32,000 nucleotides of DNA from Synechococcus sp. A15-24 (GTDB lineage Bacteria; Cyanobacteriota; Cyanobacteriia; PCC-6307; Cyanobiaceae). The translations under genes were made by a program, and so were the position numbers. The stretch spans positions 690,001-722,000 of the forward strand of contig NZ_CP047960.1 of the NCBI RefSeq assembly GCF_014280195.1, read 5' to 3'. Below, piece after piece: positions 1 to 9,227 of the stretch (position 1 is its first letter; each line of letters starts with the position of its first letter). A model generated the notes under the pieces. It ran no database searches, had not been told where the DNA came from, and was given only the letters and a program-made list of their open reading frames with translations.

Positions 1-327
1 AACGATCAAGCCTGCGAGCAGTCGAAGCAGGCCTTTCAACTGGCTCCACTGGCTCTGCAGCTGATCGGTGTTGACCAACCCTTGGAGCTTGACCTTCAAC
101 AGATCCCACTCCCCCCCTGAGGCGTCAGCGTCAGCCGGGATCGTCACCGTTGCAGCAATGGCTGGATCAGCGGTGCGCTCTGGCGTGACGGTGGGGGTTG
201 GTGTGGGCTCTGAGGCTGCCGATGTTTGTGCGGGACTCTCCGTGAAGGCAGGCGGCTCTACTGGTGATGGAGAGGAGACCGGGCTGACGCTGTCGACGTT
301 GGGTTGTGGTTCGTCGATGGGTCCCAT
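1..327 (-). CDS. Partial CDS (first 109 codons, runs off the left edge). It has a Pro/Thr/Ser-rich N-terminus followed by an amphipathic/hydrophobic segment, and may be a CAAD/CurT-like membrane protein.
   Basis: Hand translation of the minus strand from the ATG (complement of 325-327) gives MGPIDEPQPNVDSVSPVSSPSPVEPPAFTESPAQTSAASEPTPTPTVTPERTADPAIAATVTIPADADASGGEWDLLKVKLQGLVNTDQLQSQWSQLKGLLRLLAGLIV. The frame is open to position 1 and the gene is divergent from gyrA. It is absent from the ORF track, which seems to list only ORFs closed by a stop inside the window. The family guess is from memory of the CAAD-domain architecture only. Confidence 0.45.
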   Translation of the reverse strand, partial: MGPIDEPQPNVDSVSPVSSPSPVEPPAFTESPAQTSAASEPTPTPTVTPERTADPAIAATVTIPADADASGGEWDLLKVKLQGLVNTDQLQSQWSQLKGLLRLLAGLIV

Positions 328-419
328 CAGATCCAAAAATTTGACCTGGAGCTTATCGGAGGTTTTCGGTCTGGATTCCTCCTCGGAGATAAAGTGAAGG
401 GCGGTGGTACATCGTTTGT

Positions 420-3038
420 ATGGCGGATTCTGTGGGGCCAGGAGGCGGCGGCCCCGGCGATTCCGACGATCGAATCATTCAGGCGGATCTTCGCAACGAG
501 ATGTCGCGCTCCTATCTGGAGTACGCGATGAGCGTGATCGTGGGCCGGGCGTTGCCCGATGCCCGCGATGGCCTCAAGCCCGTGCATCGCCGCATTTTGT
601 ACGCAATGTACGAATTGGGGCTGACCAGCGATCGCCCTTACAGGAAATGCGCTCGTGTGGTGGGCGAGGTGCTGGGTAAGTATCACCCCCATGGCGATAC
701 GGCTGTGTACGACGCCCTGGTGCGGATGGCTCAGGACTTCTCGATGTCTATGCCCTTGATTGACGGGCACGGCAATTTCGGATCGGTGGACAACGATCCG
801 CCGGCGGCCATGCGGTACACCGAGTCCAGGTTGCAGGCGCTGACCACCGACAGCCTGCTGGAGGACATCGAGGCCGAGACCGTTGACTTCGCCGACAACT
901 TCGATGGTTCGCAGCAGGAGCCGACGGTGCTTCCGGCTCGAATTCCCCAGCTGTTGCTGAATGGTTCAGCGGGCATTGCCGTGGGGATGGCGACCAACAT
1001 CCCCCCCCACAACCTCAATGAGCTGATCAACGGCCTGCTGGCGCTGATTGAGAACCCCGAGATATCTGAACAGGAGTTGATCCGGCTGATCCCTGGACCC
1101 GACTTTCCTACAGGTGGTCAGATCCTTGGTCGCGAGGGCATCCGTGAGACCTATCTGGGCGGTCGTGGCTCGATCACCATGCGCGGTGTGGCGGCGATTG
1201 AAACGATCGAAGCCCCCGGCCGTCCTGATCGTGATGCCGTGATCATCACGGAGTTGCCGTATCAGACCAACAAGGCAGCGCTAATCGAGCGCACCGCTGA
1301 GCTGGTCAACGACAAGAAGCTTGAGGGCATCTCCGATATTCGCGATGAGAGTGATCGCGATGGCATGCGCATCGTGGTGGAGCTGCGCCGTGATGCCTAT
1401 CCGCAAGTGGTGCTAAACAATCTGTTCAAACTCACTGCATTGCAGAGCAATTTCAGTGCCTACATGTTGGCGCTGGTGAACGGTGAGCCGACCTTGCTCA
1501 CCCTGCGCAAGATGCTCGAGGTGTTTCTCGACTTCCGCGTCGAGACCATCGAGCGCCGCACCCGTTACCTGCTGCGCAAGGCCGAGGAACGCGATCACAT
1601 CCTGCTTGGCCTGCTGCTGGCACTGGATCAGTTGGATCCGATCATTGCCCTGATCCGGGCTGCCCCCGATACGGCGACGGCCCGTCAGCAGCTGCAGGAC
1701 CGGCATGGCCTCAGCGACATTCAGGCCGACGCCATCCTGCAGATGCAGCTGCGGCGTCTCACGGCGTTGGAGGCCGACAAGATCCGGCTTGAGCACGAGG
1801 ATCTGGTCACCAAAATCGCGGATTACAAAGACATCCTCGGCCGGCGTGAGCGGGTGTTCGGAATCATTCAGGACGAACTCAACCAACTCAGCGAGCGCTA
1901 CACGACACCGCGCCGCACCGAGATTCTCGATCTGGGTGGTGGTCTTGAGGACATCGATCTGATCGCCAACGAGCGTTCCGTCGTGCTCGTTACCGAAACC
2001 GGCTACCTGAAACGGATGCCGGTGAGTGAGTTCGAAGCCACCAGCCGAGGCACCCGCGGCAAGGCCGGCACCCGCAGCCAGGGGGAGGAGGCCGTGAAGC
2101 TGTTCATCAGCTGCAACGACCACGACACCCTGCTGCTGTTCAGTGACCGTGGTGTGTCCTATGCCCTGCCGGCTTACCGGGTGCCGCAATGCAGCCGCAC
2201 CGCAAAAGGCACACCGGTGGTGCAGTTGTTACCGATCCCGCGGGAGGAAGCAATCACATCGTTGCTGGCGGTCTCGGAGTTCAACGACGACATGGACCTG
2301 TTGATGCTGACCCGAGGCGGATTCATCAAGCGCACCCGTCTTTCAGCCTTCAGCAACATCCGCTCCAATGGTCTGATCGCCATCAACCTGGAAGAGGGCG
2401 ATGCGTTGACCTGGGTGCGCCTGGCGGTGCCCGGCGACAGCGTGCTGATCGGCTCCAATGCGGGGATGACGATTCACTTCCGCCTCAGCGATGAGGAGCT
2501 GCGCCCCTTAGGCCGCACGGCCCGTGGTGTGCGTTCGATGAATCTGCGCAACGGTGATGGGCTGGTGAGCATGGACGTGCTGCCGGTTGAGCTGGCGGAT
2601 CGGATCGCCCAGAGCGCGGAAGAAGATGAGGAGGATGCATCCTCTGGTGATGGTCCCTGGGTGCTGGTGGCTTCGGCGTCTGGATTGGGCAAGCGCGTGC
2701 CGGTGACCCAGTTCCGACTGCAGAAGCGGGCGGGCATGGGCCTGCGGGCGATGAAGTTCCGCACGGCGGACGATGCTCTGGTGGGTCTACGGGTCCTCGG
2801 TGCTGGTGAGGAGGTGCTGCTGGTAAGCGAGAAAGGGGTCATCGTGCGCACCGGCGCCGATGCGATTCCGCAGCAGTCACGGGCCGCCACGGGTGTGCGT
2901 CTGCAGCGTCTCGACAAAGGTGACCGTTTGTCGGAAGTGGTGCTGGTGCCGCCCGAAGCCGAGGACGACGCGGCTGACGACGACACGTCGAACGACACCG
3001 AAGCCAGTGACACTGAAAGCAACGCGCAGGACAGCTGA
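420..3038 (+). CDS. gyrA: DNA gyrase subunit A
   Basis: 872-aa ORF. The N-terminus reads [37 protein letters not shown], and the active-site Tyr lies in the context [32 protein letters not shown] is present. The C-terminal repeat region has an acidic insert and an acidic tail. Confidence 0.97.
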   Translation: MADSVGPGGGGPGDSDDRIIQADLRNEMSRSYLEYAMSVIVGRALPDARDGLKPVHRRILYAMYELGLTSDRPYRKCARVVGEVLGKYHPHGDTAVYDALVRMAQDFSMSMPLIDGHGNFGSVDNDPPAAMRYTESRLQALTTDSLLEDIEAETVDFADNFDGSQQEPTVLPARIPQLLLNGSAGIAVGMATNIPPHNLNELINGLLALIENPEISEQELIRLIPGPDFPTGGQILGREGIRETYLGGRGSITMRGVAAIETIEAPGRPDRDAVIITELPYQTNKAALIERTAELVNDKKLEGISDIRDESDRDGMRIVVELRRDAYPQVVLNNLFKLTALQSNFSAYMLALVNGEPTLLTLRKMLEVFLDFRVETIERRTRYLLRKAEERDHILLGLLLALDQLDPIIALIRAAPDTATARQQLQDRHGLSDIQADAILQMQLRRLTALEADKIRLEHEDLVTKIADYKDILGRRERVFGIIQDELNQLSERYTTPRRTEILDLGGGLEDIDLIANERSVVLVTETGYLKRMPVSEFEATSRGTRGKAGTRSQGEEAVKLFISCNDHDTLLLFSDRGVSYALPAYRVPQCSRTAKGTPVVQLLPIPREEAITSLLAVSEFNDDMDLLMLTRGGFIKRTRLSAFSNIRSNGLIAINLEEGDALTWVRLAVPGDSVLIGSNAGMTIHFRLSDEELRPLGRTARGVRSMNLRNGDGLVSMDVLPVELADRIAQSAEEDEEDASSGDGPWVLVASASGLGKRVPVTQFRLQKRAGMGLRAMKFRTADDALVGLRVLGAGEEVLLVSEKGVIVRTGADAIPQQSRAATGVRLQRLDKGDRLSEVVLVPPEAEDDAADDDTSNDTEASDTESNAQDS

Positions 3039-3040
3039 CC

Positions 3041-4294
3041 TTGGCCGAGCCGGTGGATGTGCTGGTGCTGGGGGGCGGTCCTGCTGCCCTCTGCATCGCC
3101 TCGGAACTGAACCAACGGGGCGTTGCTGTTGGATGCATTGCCCCCGATCCGGTCGATGCGCCCTGGCCGAACACCTACGGCATCTGGGCCGATGAACTGA
3201 AGATGGTGCGGCTCGAGCACTTGCTGGAGCACCGCTGGAGCGACACCGTCAGTTATTTCGGCGATGGCGGCTCAACGGCTCAGGATCAGAGCCATGCCCA
3301 CGGGATCGACTACGGCTTGTTTGATCGGGCTGCGTTGCAGCGCTATTGGCTGGAGCGGGCTGAGGGCGTGGTCTGGCATCAAGACACGGCCGAACGGGTG
3401 GACGCAACCGGTGCCACCACGAGCGTCAGCTGTGCGTCGGGAACGACGTTGCAAGCGCGCCTGGTGATTGATGCCTCCGGTTCTTGCACGCCGCATATTC
3501 GTCGGCCGGATCAGGGGCCAGTGGCGGGCCAGGCGGCCTACGGCGTGGTGGCGCGTTTCTCCAAGCCGCCAATTGAGGCCGGCCGGTTTGTGTTGATGGA
3601 CTACCGCTGCGATCACCTCAGCGAAGCGCAGCGCAGCGAACCACCCACGTTTTTATATGCGATGGATCTGGGTGAAGGGGTGTTCTTCGTGGAAGAAACA
3701 TCCCTCGCTTTGGCACCGGGTGTTCCCTACGACGTGCTCAAGCAACGGCTCCAGCAGCGCTTGGATCGGCGCAGTGTGGAGATCACCGAGGTGATCCATG
3801 AGGAGTTCTGCCTCTTCCCAATGAACCTGCCGCTGCCGGATCGCAGCCAGCCGGTGCTGGCTTTTGGGGGTGCGGCGAGCATGGTGCATCCAGCCTCGGG
3901 CTACATGGTGGGAGCGCTGCTGCGGCGTGGGCCTGATCTGGCCCAGGCCTTGGCGGAAGCCATGGCCAACCCAAGCCTTGGTTCAGCCGCCTTGGCGCAA
4001 CGGGGCTGGCAGGTGCTCTGGCCGATCGAGCTGGTGCTGCGCCATCAGCTCTATCAGTTCGGCCTGGGCCGTTTGATGGGGTTCAACGAAGCTTTGTTGC
4101 GCACCCACTTCTCCACCTTCTTCTCATTGCCGCGGGAGGAATGGTTTGGTTTTCTCACCAACACCCTGCCGCTGCCCAGGTTGATGGGGGTGATGCTGCG
4201 CTTGTTTGCTCTATCCCCCTGGGATTTGCGGCGGGGTTTGGTGCTGGGGGCAGGTGCGGATCAGCTGCCGACCTTTGACCAATCCAGCGGCTGA
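3041..4294 (+). CDS. crtL: CrtL-type lycopene cyclase (FAD-dependent), probably the beta-cyclase
   Basis: 417-aa ORF with the dinucleotide-binding motif VLVLGGGPAALCIA near the N-terminus. PNTYGIW and FLYAMDL motifs are typical of cyanobacterial and plant CrtL cyclases. The track start is a TTG 2 nt after the gyrA stop, and GTG at 3053 is an alternative. Beta versus epsilon specificity cannot be decided from sequence by eye. Confidence 0.85.
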   Translation: MAEPVDVLVLGGGPAALCIASELNQRGVAVGCIAPDPVDAPWPNTYGIWADELKMVRLEHLLEHRWSDTVSYFGDGGSTAQDQSHAHGIDYGLFDRAALQRYWLERAEGVVWHQDTAERVDATGATTSVSCASGTTLQARLVIDASGSCTPHIRRPDQGPVAGQAAYGVVARFSKPPIEAGRFVLMDYRCDHLSEAQRSEPPTFLYAMDLGEGVFFVEETSLALAPGVPYDVLKQRLQQRLDRRSVEITEVIHEEFCLFPMNLPLPDRSQPVLAFGGAASMVHPASGYMVGALLRRGPDLAQALAEAMANPSLGSAALAQRGWQVLWPIELVLRHQLYQFGLGRLMGFNEALLRTHFSTFFSLPREEWFGFLTNTLPLPRLMGVMLRLFALSPWDLRRGLVLGAGADQLPTFDQSSG

Positions 4295-5829
4295 ATCAAC
4301 GGGAACAGGCGGTCGTCGGCCTGCACCTCCTCGAGCCACCCTTCGGGTAGGTCGCCGCTGCCATCAATCGCCGCCATCAGCATCCAGAACCGCTCCAGGT
4401 GACGTTCAATCCGTTCCCGCGCCAGTCCGGTTGTTGTGCCAGCCCTCAGAATGAAGCTCCAATCCGACGACTGCGCCAGCAGGAGCTCCCGCGCCGCTTG
4501 GCTGAGCAGTTTGAGATCCGCTTCGCGGGCCACACCGCGGCTGCAGCGCTGCACCATGGCTTCTCCGGCGCGCTCCCATTCCGGGACGACCCAGGCGTTG
4601 CTGTCGTTAAGCCAGTAATTGTGGTACCCACCCTGGCCCCAGCTCGAGGGGCAGGGGTCGCAGAGCTGCAGTTGTTGTGAACCATCCAAGACATCCCGCA
4701 GCCTTGTGAAGGGAACGCCGTTGCTTGGCCCCTGGCGAAACAGTTCGGCCAGAAATGATGGGCCTTCAAACCACCAATGCCCAAACAGTTCCGCATCAAA
4801 GGGGGCGACGAGCAATGGACTGATCGTCATGCCGCTGCTGAGTTGATCCAGTTGGCGTCGGCGTCCTTTGAGGTAATGGCTGGCGTGGTGCCGAATTCTC
4901 TCCGCTGCAATGGAGGGGTGATACGGCTGTTTCTGATCGAGCGGCGCGCTGTGGTCGGTGACGCGATGCAGCTTGAGACCAAGAGGTCGGGGCTCCGATA
5001 AGCCAAGCGGCGCTAATTGTTCAAGGGGTAAATCCCATCCCAGGTCGCGATGAAATTCGCGGTAATTCGGATCGCCGGGATAGCCATCTTTGGCGGACCA
5101 GACCGGCAGGGTCGCTTCACTGTCTCGGCCGAAGAACGCCACCCCGTTGCGGCTGCAGATCGGTGCGTACACCCCGTAGCGGGGACGCGGTCGACCGTGC
5201 AAAAGCCCATGGCCATCAAGGACGGCGTAGCGGAGTCCCGCATCGCGCATCCACTGGTCCAGCCCTTCGTAGTAGGCGCATTCCGGTAACCAGATCCCCA
5301 GCGGACTTTCCCCGATCAGGCGGTGGTGTTCGCGCACGGCGGTGCGCAGCTGGCCGCGGACCGCCTCAGGGTGCTGGCGTAGCAGCGGCAGATAGCCATG
5401 GGTGGCCCCACAGGTGAGCAGATCCACCACCTCAGCCCGTTGCAGCGCAGCGAATCGGCTGATCAGGTCTCCATCGCAGGCCATCCAGGCGGACTTGTGG
5501 CGCTGGATGGAGGCGTTGAGATGCTCCTTCGCCTCGGCAAGCTCTGCATCGGCGAAGGGGAGAAGGTCGAGGCGCTGATCCAGCCAGCCGGGGAACCGCT
5601 GTTGCAGGTCCGGGTCACTGAGCAATGACAGCAGCGTTGGAGACAGACCAACGGTGAGCTTCGGAGTGCTGGCCGTATCCGCTGCCGCCTGTTCAAGGAC
5701 CTCCAGCAGCGGCAGGTAGCACTCCATCAAGGCCTGGAAAAACCAGTCTTCCTCCAGCGAACCCGGCACCACCGAGCGCACATACGGCAGGTGGGCGTGA
5801 AGGACAAGGGCGAGAGCGCCGTTGCTCAA
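4261..5829 (-). CDS. Glycoside hydrolase family 57 protein (alpha-glucan branching enzyme / amylopullulanase-like)
   Basis: 522-aa ORF. The N-terminal LALVLHAHLPYVR signature is typical of GH57. WLPECAYY and FDAELFGHWWFEG motifs are present. Its 3' end overlaps the 3' end of crtL by 34 nt in convergent orientation. Confidence 0.85.
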   Translation of the reverse strand: MSNGALALVLHAHLPYVRSVVPGSLEEDWFFQALMECYLPLLEVLEQAAADTASTPKLTVGLSPTLLSLLSDPDLQQRFPGWLDQRLDLLPFADAELAEAKEHLNASIQRHKSAWMACDGDLISRFAALQRAEVVDLLTCGATHGYLPLLRQHPEAVRGQLRTAVREHHRLIGESPLGIWLPECAYYEGLDQWMRDAGLRYAVLDGHGLLHGRPRPRYGVYAPICSRNGVAFFGRDSEATLPVWSAKDGYPGDPNYREFHRDLGWDLPLEQLAPLGLSEPRPLGLKLHRVTDHSAPLDQKQPYHPSIAAERIRHHASHYLKGRRRQLDQLSSGMTISPLLVAPFDAELFGHWWFEGPSFLAELFRQGPSNGVPFTRLRDVLDGSQQLQLCDPCPSSWGQGGYHNYWLNDSNAWVVPEWERAGEAMVQRCSRGVAREADLKLLSQAARELLLAQSSDWSFILRAGTTTGLARERIERHLERFWMLMAAIDGSGDLPEGWLEEVQADDRLFPLIQPLDWSKVGS

Positions 5830-5942
5830 GTGACCAAACGCCCAAGAGTGGCTGCGAATTTATCCGGTTTTGGCCGAGATGCCTGAACTAAGATGCAATA
5901 ACTCATAGTCAATCCGACTAAGCCGTCACGAGGGCGTTGTTC

Positions 5943-7565
5943 ATGGCCAAGGACCCAGGTCGTGTCTTGATTTTCGACACCACCCTGCGGGATGGTGAGC
6001 AGTCTCCCGGGGCCAGCCTCAACCTGGAGGAAAAGCTGGCAATCGCTCAGCAGCTGGCCCGTCTTGGCGTGGATGTCATTGAGGCCGGATTTCCCTTTGC
6101 CAGTGCAGGGGACTTCGCTGCTGTGCAGCGCATTGCCCAGCAGGTTGGGGGCGAGAACGGTCCCATCATCTGCGGGCTGGCCCGTGCATCGCAGAAGGAC
6201 ATCAAGGCTTGCGCCGAGGCCGTCGCACCGGCACCGCGTCGCCGGATCCACACCTTCATCGCCACCAGCGATATCCATCTCGAGCACAAATTGCGTAAGA
6301 GCCGCAGTGAGGTTCTTGAGATCGTTCCCGAGATGGTCAGCTATGCCCGCTCCTTGGTGGACGACATTGAATTTTCCTGTGAAGACGCCGGCCGCAGCGA
6401 CCCGGAGTTCCTCTACGAGGTGATCGAGGCGGCGATTGCCGCTGGCGCCACCACGATCAACATTCCAGACACCGTCGGCTACACCACCCCAAGCGAATTT
6501 GGCGATCTGATTGCTGGCATCAATCGCCATGTCCCCAACATTGGAGAAGCGGTTCTCTCCGTTCATGGCCACAACGATCTGGGCCTGGCTGTGGCGAACT
6601 TCCTGGAGGCGGTCAAGAACGGCGCCCGTCAGCTGGAATGCACCATTAATGGCATCGGCGAGCGAGCGGGCAATGCCTCTCTTGAGGAATTGGTGATGGC
6701 TTTGCACGTGCGCCGTCGTTACTTCAATCCGTTTTTCGACCGCGATCAGGACAGTCCCACTCCCCTCACGGCGGTTCGCACCGAGGAACTCACCAAGACC
6801 TCGCGATTGGTGTCCAACCTCACGGGCATGGTGGTTCAGCCCAACAAGGCCATCGTTGGTGCCAATGCCTTTGCCCATGAATCGGGCATTCACCAGGACG
6901 GCGTGCTGAAAAACCGCCTCACCTACGAAATCATTGATGCCAAGACCGTTGGTCTGAGCGACAACAGAATTTCACTGGGCAAGCTCAGCGGCCGTAGTGC
7001 AGTGAGAGCAAGGCTGGAAGAACTCGGGTACGACCTGACCCGAGAGGATCTGGATGAGGCGTTCGCCCGCTTCAAAGACCTGGCCGATCGCAAACGGGAG
7101 ATCACCGATCGCGATCTTGAGGCGATTGTCAGCGAACAGGTGCAACAGCCCGAGGCTCGCTATCAGCTCCAGCTGGTGCAGGTGAGTTGCGGAACGCGTT
7201 TGAAGCCGACCGCCACCGTCACCCTTTCGGAGGAGAACGGTCCGGAACAAACCGTCTCGGCCGTTGGCACAGGACCGGTGGATGCGGTGTGCCGGGCGTT
7301 GAATCAACTGGCGGGAGTGCCCAATGAGCTCATCGAGTTCTCGGTGAAGTCAGTCACCGAGGGCATTGATGCCATGGGTGAAGTGACGATTCGCTTGCGT
7401 CGTGACGGATCGCTTTATTCAGGCCATGCGGCTGATACCGACGTGGTGGTTGCTGCCGCCATGGCCTTTATCAATGCCTTGAATCGTCTTGTGGCAGCCC
7501 AGGAGCACCAGCCTTTGCATCCTCAGCGGGATGCTGTTGTTCTCGACGCTCGGCCGACCCTCTGA
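5943..7565 (+). CDS. leuA: 2-isopropylmalate synthase
   Basis: [40 protein letters not shown] and a C-terminal LeuA allosteric domain are present. The track ORF begins at TTG 5937, but the ATG at 5943 (MAKDPGR) is the more likely start. Confidence 0.95.
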   Translation: MAKDPGRVLIFDTTLRDGEQSPGASLNLEEKLAIAQQLARLGVDVIEAGFPFASAGDFAAVQRIAQQVGGENGPIICGLARASQKDIKACAEAVAPAPRRRIHTFIATSDIHLEHKLRKSRSEVLEIVPEMVSYARSLVDDIEFSCEDAGRSDPEFLYEVIEAAIAAGATTINIPDTVGYTTPSEFGDLIAGINRHVPNIGEAVLSVHGHNDLGLAVANFLEAVKNGARQLECTINGIGERAGNASLEELVMALHVRRRYFNPFFDRDQDSPTPLTAVRTEELTKTSRLVSNLTGMVVQPNKAIVGANAFAHESGIHQDGVLKNRLTYEIIDAKTVGLSDNRISLGKLSGRSAVRARLEELGYDLTREDLDEAFARFKDLADRKREITDRDLEAIVSEQVQQPEARYQLQLVQVSCGTRLKPTATVTLSEENGPEQTVSAVGTGPVDAVCRALNQLAGVPNELIEFSVKSVTEGIDAMGEVTIRLRRDGSLYSGHAADTDVVVAAAMAFINALNRLVAAQEHQPLHPQRDAVVLDARPTL

Positions 7566-7570
7566 AGCTT

Positions 7571-8395
7571 ATGCGTCACGCGGTACGGAGCGCTGTCCAG
7601 CTGATGTTGTTGATCGCGCTGGCACTCCTGGTGCTGGTGCCGTTGCTCTGGCTGGTGAGCACGTCGTTGAAGGGGCCCACCGAAGATATTTTCAGCAGTC
7701 CGCCAGCCCTTCTGCCCGCCCAACCCAGCCTTGAGGCTTACCGCAGGCTGTTTCAGGACAATCCTCTCAGCACATATCTGATCAACAGCACGGTGGTGAG
7801 TGTCCTGGCGGTCGGGGCCAATCTGCTGTTCTGTTCCTTGGCGGCTTATCCCCTGGCCAGGATGCGTTTCGCAGGCCGTGGCCTGGTGTTGGGTCTGGTG
7901 GTGGCCACCATCCTGATTCCCTTCCAGGTGGTGATGATCCCGCTGTATCTGCTGATGGTTCAGCTGGGTCTGCGCAACACGCTGTTGGCGCTGATCATCC
8001 CTCAGGCCGCCACGGCCTTTGGTCTTTACCTTCTTCGTCAGAGCTTTCTGGGGGTTCCCAAGGAGCTGGAGGAGGCGGCCCGCATCGATGGTTGCAGCCG
8101 GTTAGGGGAATGGTGGAACGTGATGATCCCAGCGGCCCGTGCTGATCTGATCACCCTGGCCATGTTTGTGTTCATCGGCACCTGGAGTGATTTCCTCTGG
8201 CCGTTGGTGATTCTCGACGATCCAACGCTCTACACACTTCCCCTGGGGTTGCAGCAACTGTCCAGCAGCTTCTCCCTGGACTGGCGGATTGTGGCGGCTG
8301 GCTCCGTGGTCTCGATCCTTCCTGTTCTCGTGCTGTTCATCCTGTTGCAGCAGTTCATCCTGCCGAATGCAAGCGGCGATGCCGTGAAGGGCTGA
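7571..8395 (+). CDS. ABC transporter permease, carbohydrate (MalG/UgpE-like) type
   Basis: 274-aa ORF with about six hydrophobic segments. The EAA-loop reads ELEEAARIDGCSRLGEWWNVMIP. The start lies 5 nt after the leuA stop. Confidence 0.85.
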   Translation: MRHAVRSAVQLMLLIALALLVLVPLLWLVSTSLKGPTEDIFSSPPALLPAQPSLEAYRRLFQDNPLSTYLINSTVVSVLAVGANLLFCSLAAYPLARMRFAGRGLVLGLVVATILIPFQVVMIPLYLLMVQLGLRNTLLALIIPQAATAFGLYLLRQSFLGVPKELEEAARIDGCSRLGEWWNVMIPAARADLITLAMFVFIGTWSDFLWPLVILDDPTLYTLPLGLQQLSSSFSLDWRIVAAGSVVSILPVLVLFILLQQFILPNASGDAVKG

Positions 8396-8425
8396 TCTAG
8401 AACATCAACTCCACTGAAATCCTGG

Positions 8426-8671
8426 ATGTCCCTGTCGCAGCTCGACCAGTTCCTGTCGCTTCGTGAGTCGAACCCTCTGCTGGCGCAGCGGCTGGCCTCA
8501 CCGCTTGAGCTTGAGGACTTTTTGCAACTCGCCCAAGAGTGGGGGTTTCAGCTGACGGAATCCGACGTGCTGGATGCCCAGAAACGGGCGATGGATCAGG
8601 GCAGTGCATCGTCGCTGCAACGGGCGCAAGCGGAAGAATCCAGACGGTTGCGCAACTTCATTCATGGATGA
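8426..8671 (+). CDS. Nif11-domain small protein (Nif11-type leader-peptide-like)
   Basis: 81 aa. The segment MSLSQLDQFLSLRESNPLLAQRLASPLELEDFLQLAQEWGFQLTESDV follows the Nif11 / N11P leader pattern (M..eQL.aFL..v..d..Lq.kL....d.e....iA.e.GF.it.eD). The C-terminal 30 aa lack Cys and lack a Gly-Gly cleavage motif. Confidence 0.7.
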   Translation: MSLSQLDQFLSLRESNPLLAQRLASPLELEDFLQLAQEWGFQLTESDVLDAQKRAMDQGSASSLQRAQAEESRRLRNFIHG

Positions 8672-8768
8672 GCCTTCCATGGCGTATCCTTTGTCACCAG
8701 CAGATGTGTCAATGCTCACAGAATGTTGACGTGCTCTCCATGAGGATTTGGGAAGTGAGCCATCAAGA

Positions 8769-8924
8769 ATGTCGTTCTGGCAGGACGTGGAGAACAACGT
8801 TCAGCAATTTGTTGATCAAGAACCTCTGTTCATTGAGCCCCAGTTGTTGATCCTGGCGGAGGCCCAGATCAACGTCTCTAAAGAATCCTTTCTCAGCTGG
8901 GACGACCTGATCGGCCAGCGCTGA
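8769..8924 (+). CDS. Candidate 51-aa acidic small protein, below the ORF-track size cutoff
   Basis: Hand translation gives MSFWQDVENNVQQFVDQEPLFIEPQLLILAEAQINVSKESFLSWDDLIGQR followed by a stop. The composition is balanced and protein-like. It competes with the antisense 77-aa track ORF (8763..8996), which is Arg-rich and overlaps the 3' end of the neighbouring gene. There is no homology evidence. Confidence 0.3.
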   Translation: MSFWQDVENNVQQFVDQEPLFIEPQLLILAEAQINVSKESFLSWDDLIGQR

Positions 8925-8947
8925 GGCTGACTTGAGCCCATTCAGGC

Positions 8948-9151
8948 TCAGATCTTCACTACATCGGGGGTTTCCCCGTGAACTTCGCCGATCCACAAGG
9001 CGTGGGTCACGGCCCCATCGTGGGTGTGAAAGGTCCAGGCGTTGTCGGGCGAATCGATCGATTTAATCGATTGATTCGCATCATTCACGCAGAGATAACA
9101 ACCATCAGACTCCGTGCGCAGCACGTACCGCTCGGCGTATTGAGTGAGCAT
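8948..9151 (-). CDS. Hypothetical small protein (67 aa)
   Basis: ATG-initiated ORF with plausible composition: MLTQYAERYVLRTESDGCYLCVNDANQSIKSIDSPDNAWTFHTHDGAVTHALWIGEVHGETPDVVKI. I recognise no family. Confidence 0.5.
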   Translation of the reverse strand: MLTQYAERYVLRTESDGCYLCVNDANQSIKSIDSPDNAWTFHTHDGAVTHALWIGEVHGETPDVVKI

Positions 9152-9227
9152 GTCCTGAGAGGTGTCTGATCACGGCATAGCGATGAGACAGTTCGGCTTG
9201 AGACCGGTTTTAGAAATTTTTTTGTTT

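Noticed and set aside
68-397. 109-aa plus-strand ORF at the left edge
   Set aside because: It is Gly/Ser/Val-rich, the mirror image of a Pro/Thr/Glu-rich coding strand. The minus-strand partial ORF (1..327) has an ATG, a structured amphipathic segment, and a sensible divergent arrangement with gyrA.
1413-2189. 258-aa minus-strand ORF
   Set aside because: It is antisense to gyrA and has a low-complexity, non-protein-like composition.
2474-3232. 252-aa minus-strand ORF spanning the gyrA/crtL junction
   Set aside because: It is antisense to two well-supported genes. It is a Ser/Arg/Pro-rich low-complexity translation.
5826-6893. 355-aa minus-strand ORF
   Set aside because: It is entirely antisense to leuA, whose motifs are unambiguous. 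It is Gly/Ala/Arg-rich with no recognisable motif. Long antisense ORFs are typical of high-GC DNA.
8679-8729. 16-codon ORF (MAYPLSPADVSMLTEC) immediately after the Nif11 gene
   Set aside because: It is too short to support without conservation or expression data, and it has no obvious ribosome-binding site.
8539-8850. Cys-rich 103-aa plus-strand ORF overlapping the 3' half of the Nif11 gene, tempting as a lanthipeptide-like core
   Set aside because: It is in a different frame from the Nif11 domain, so it is not fused to a leader. It overlaps two better candidates and has an Arg/Cys/Trp-rich composition typical of off-frame translation in GC-rich DNA. No modification enzyme is nearby.
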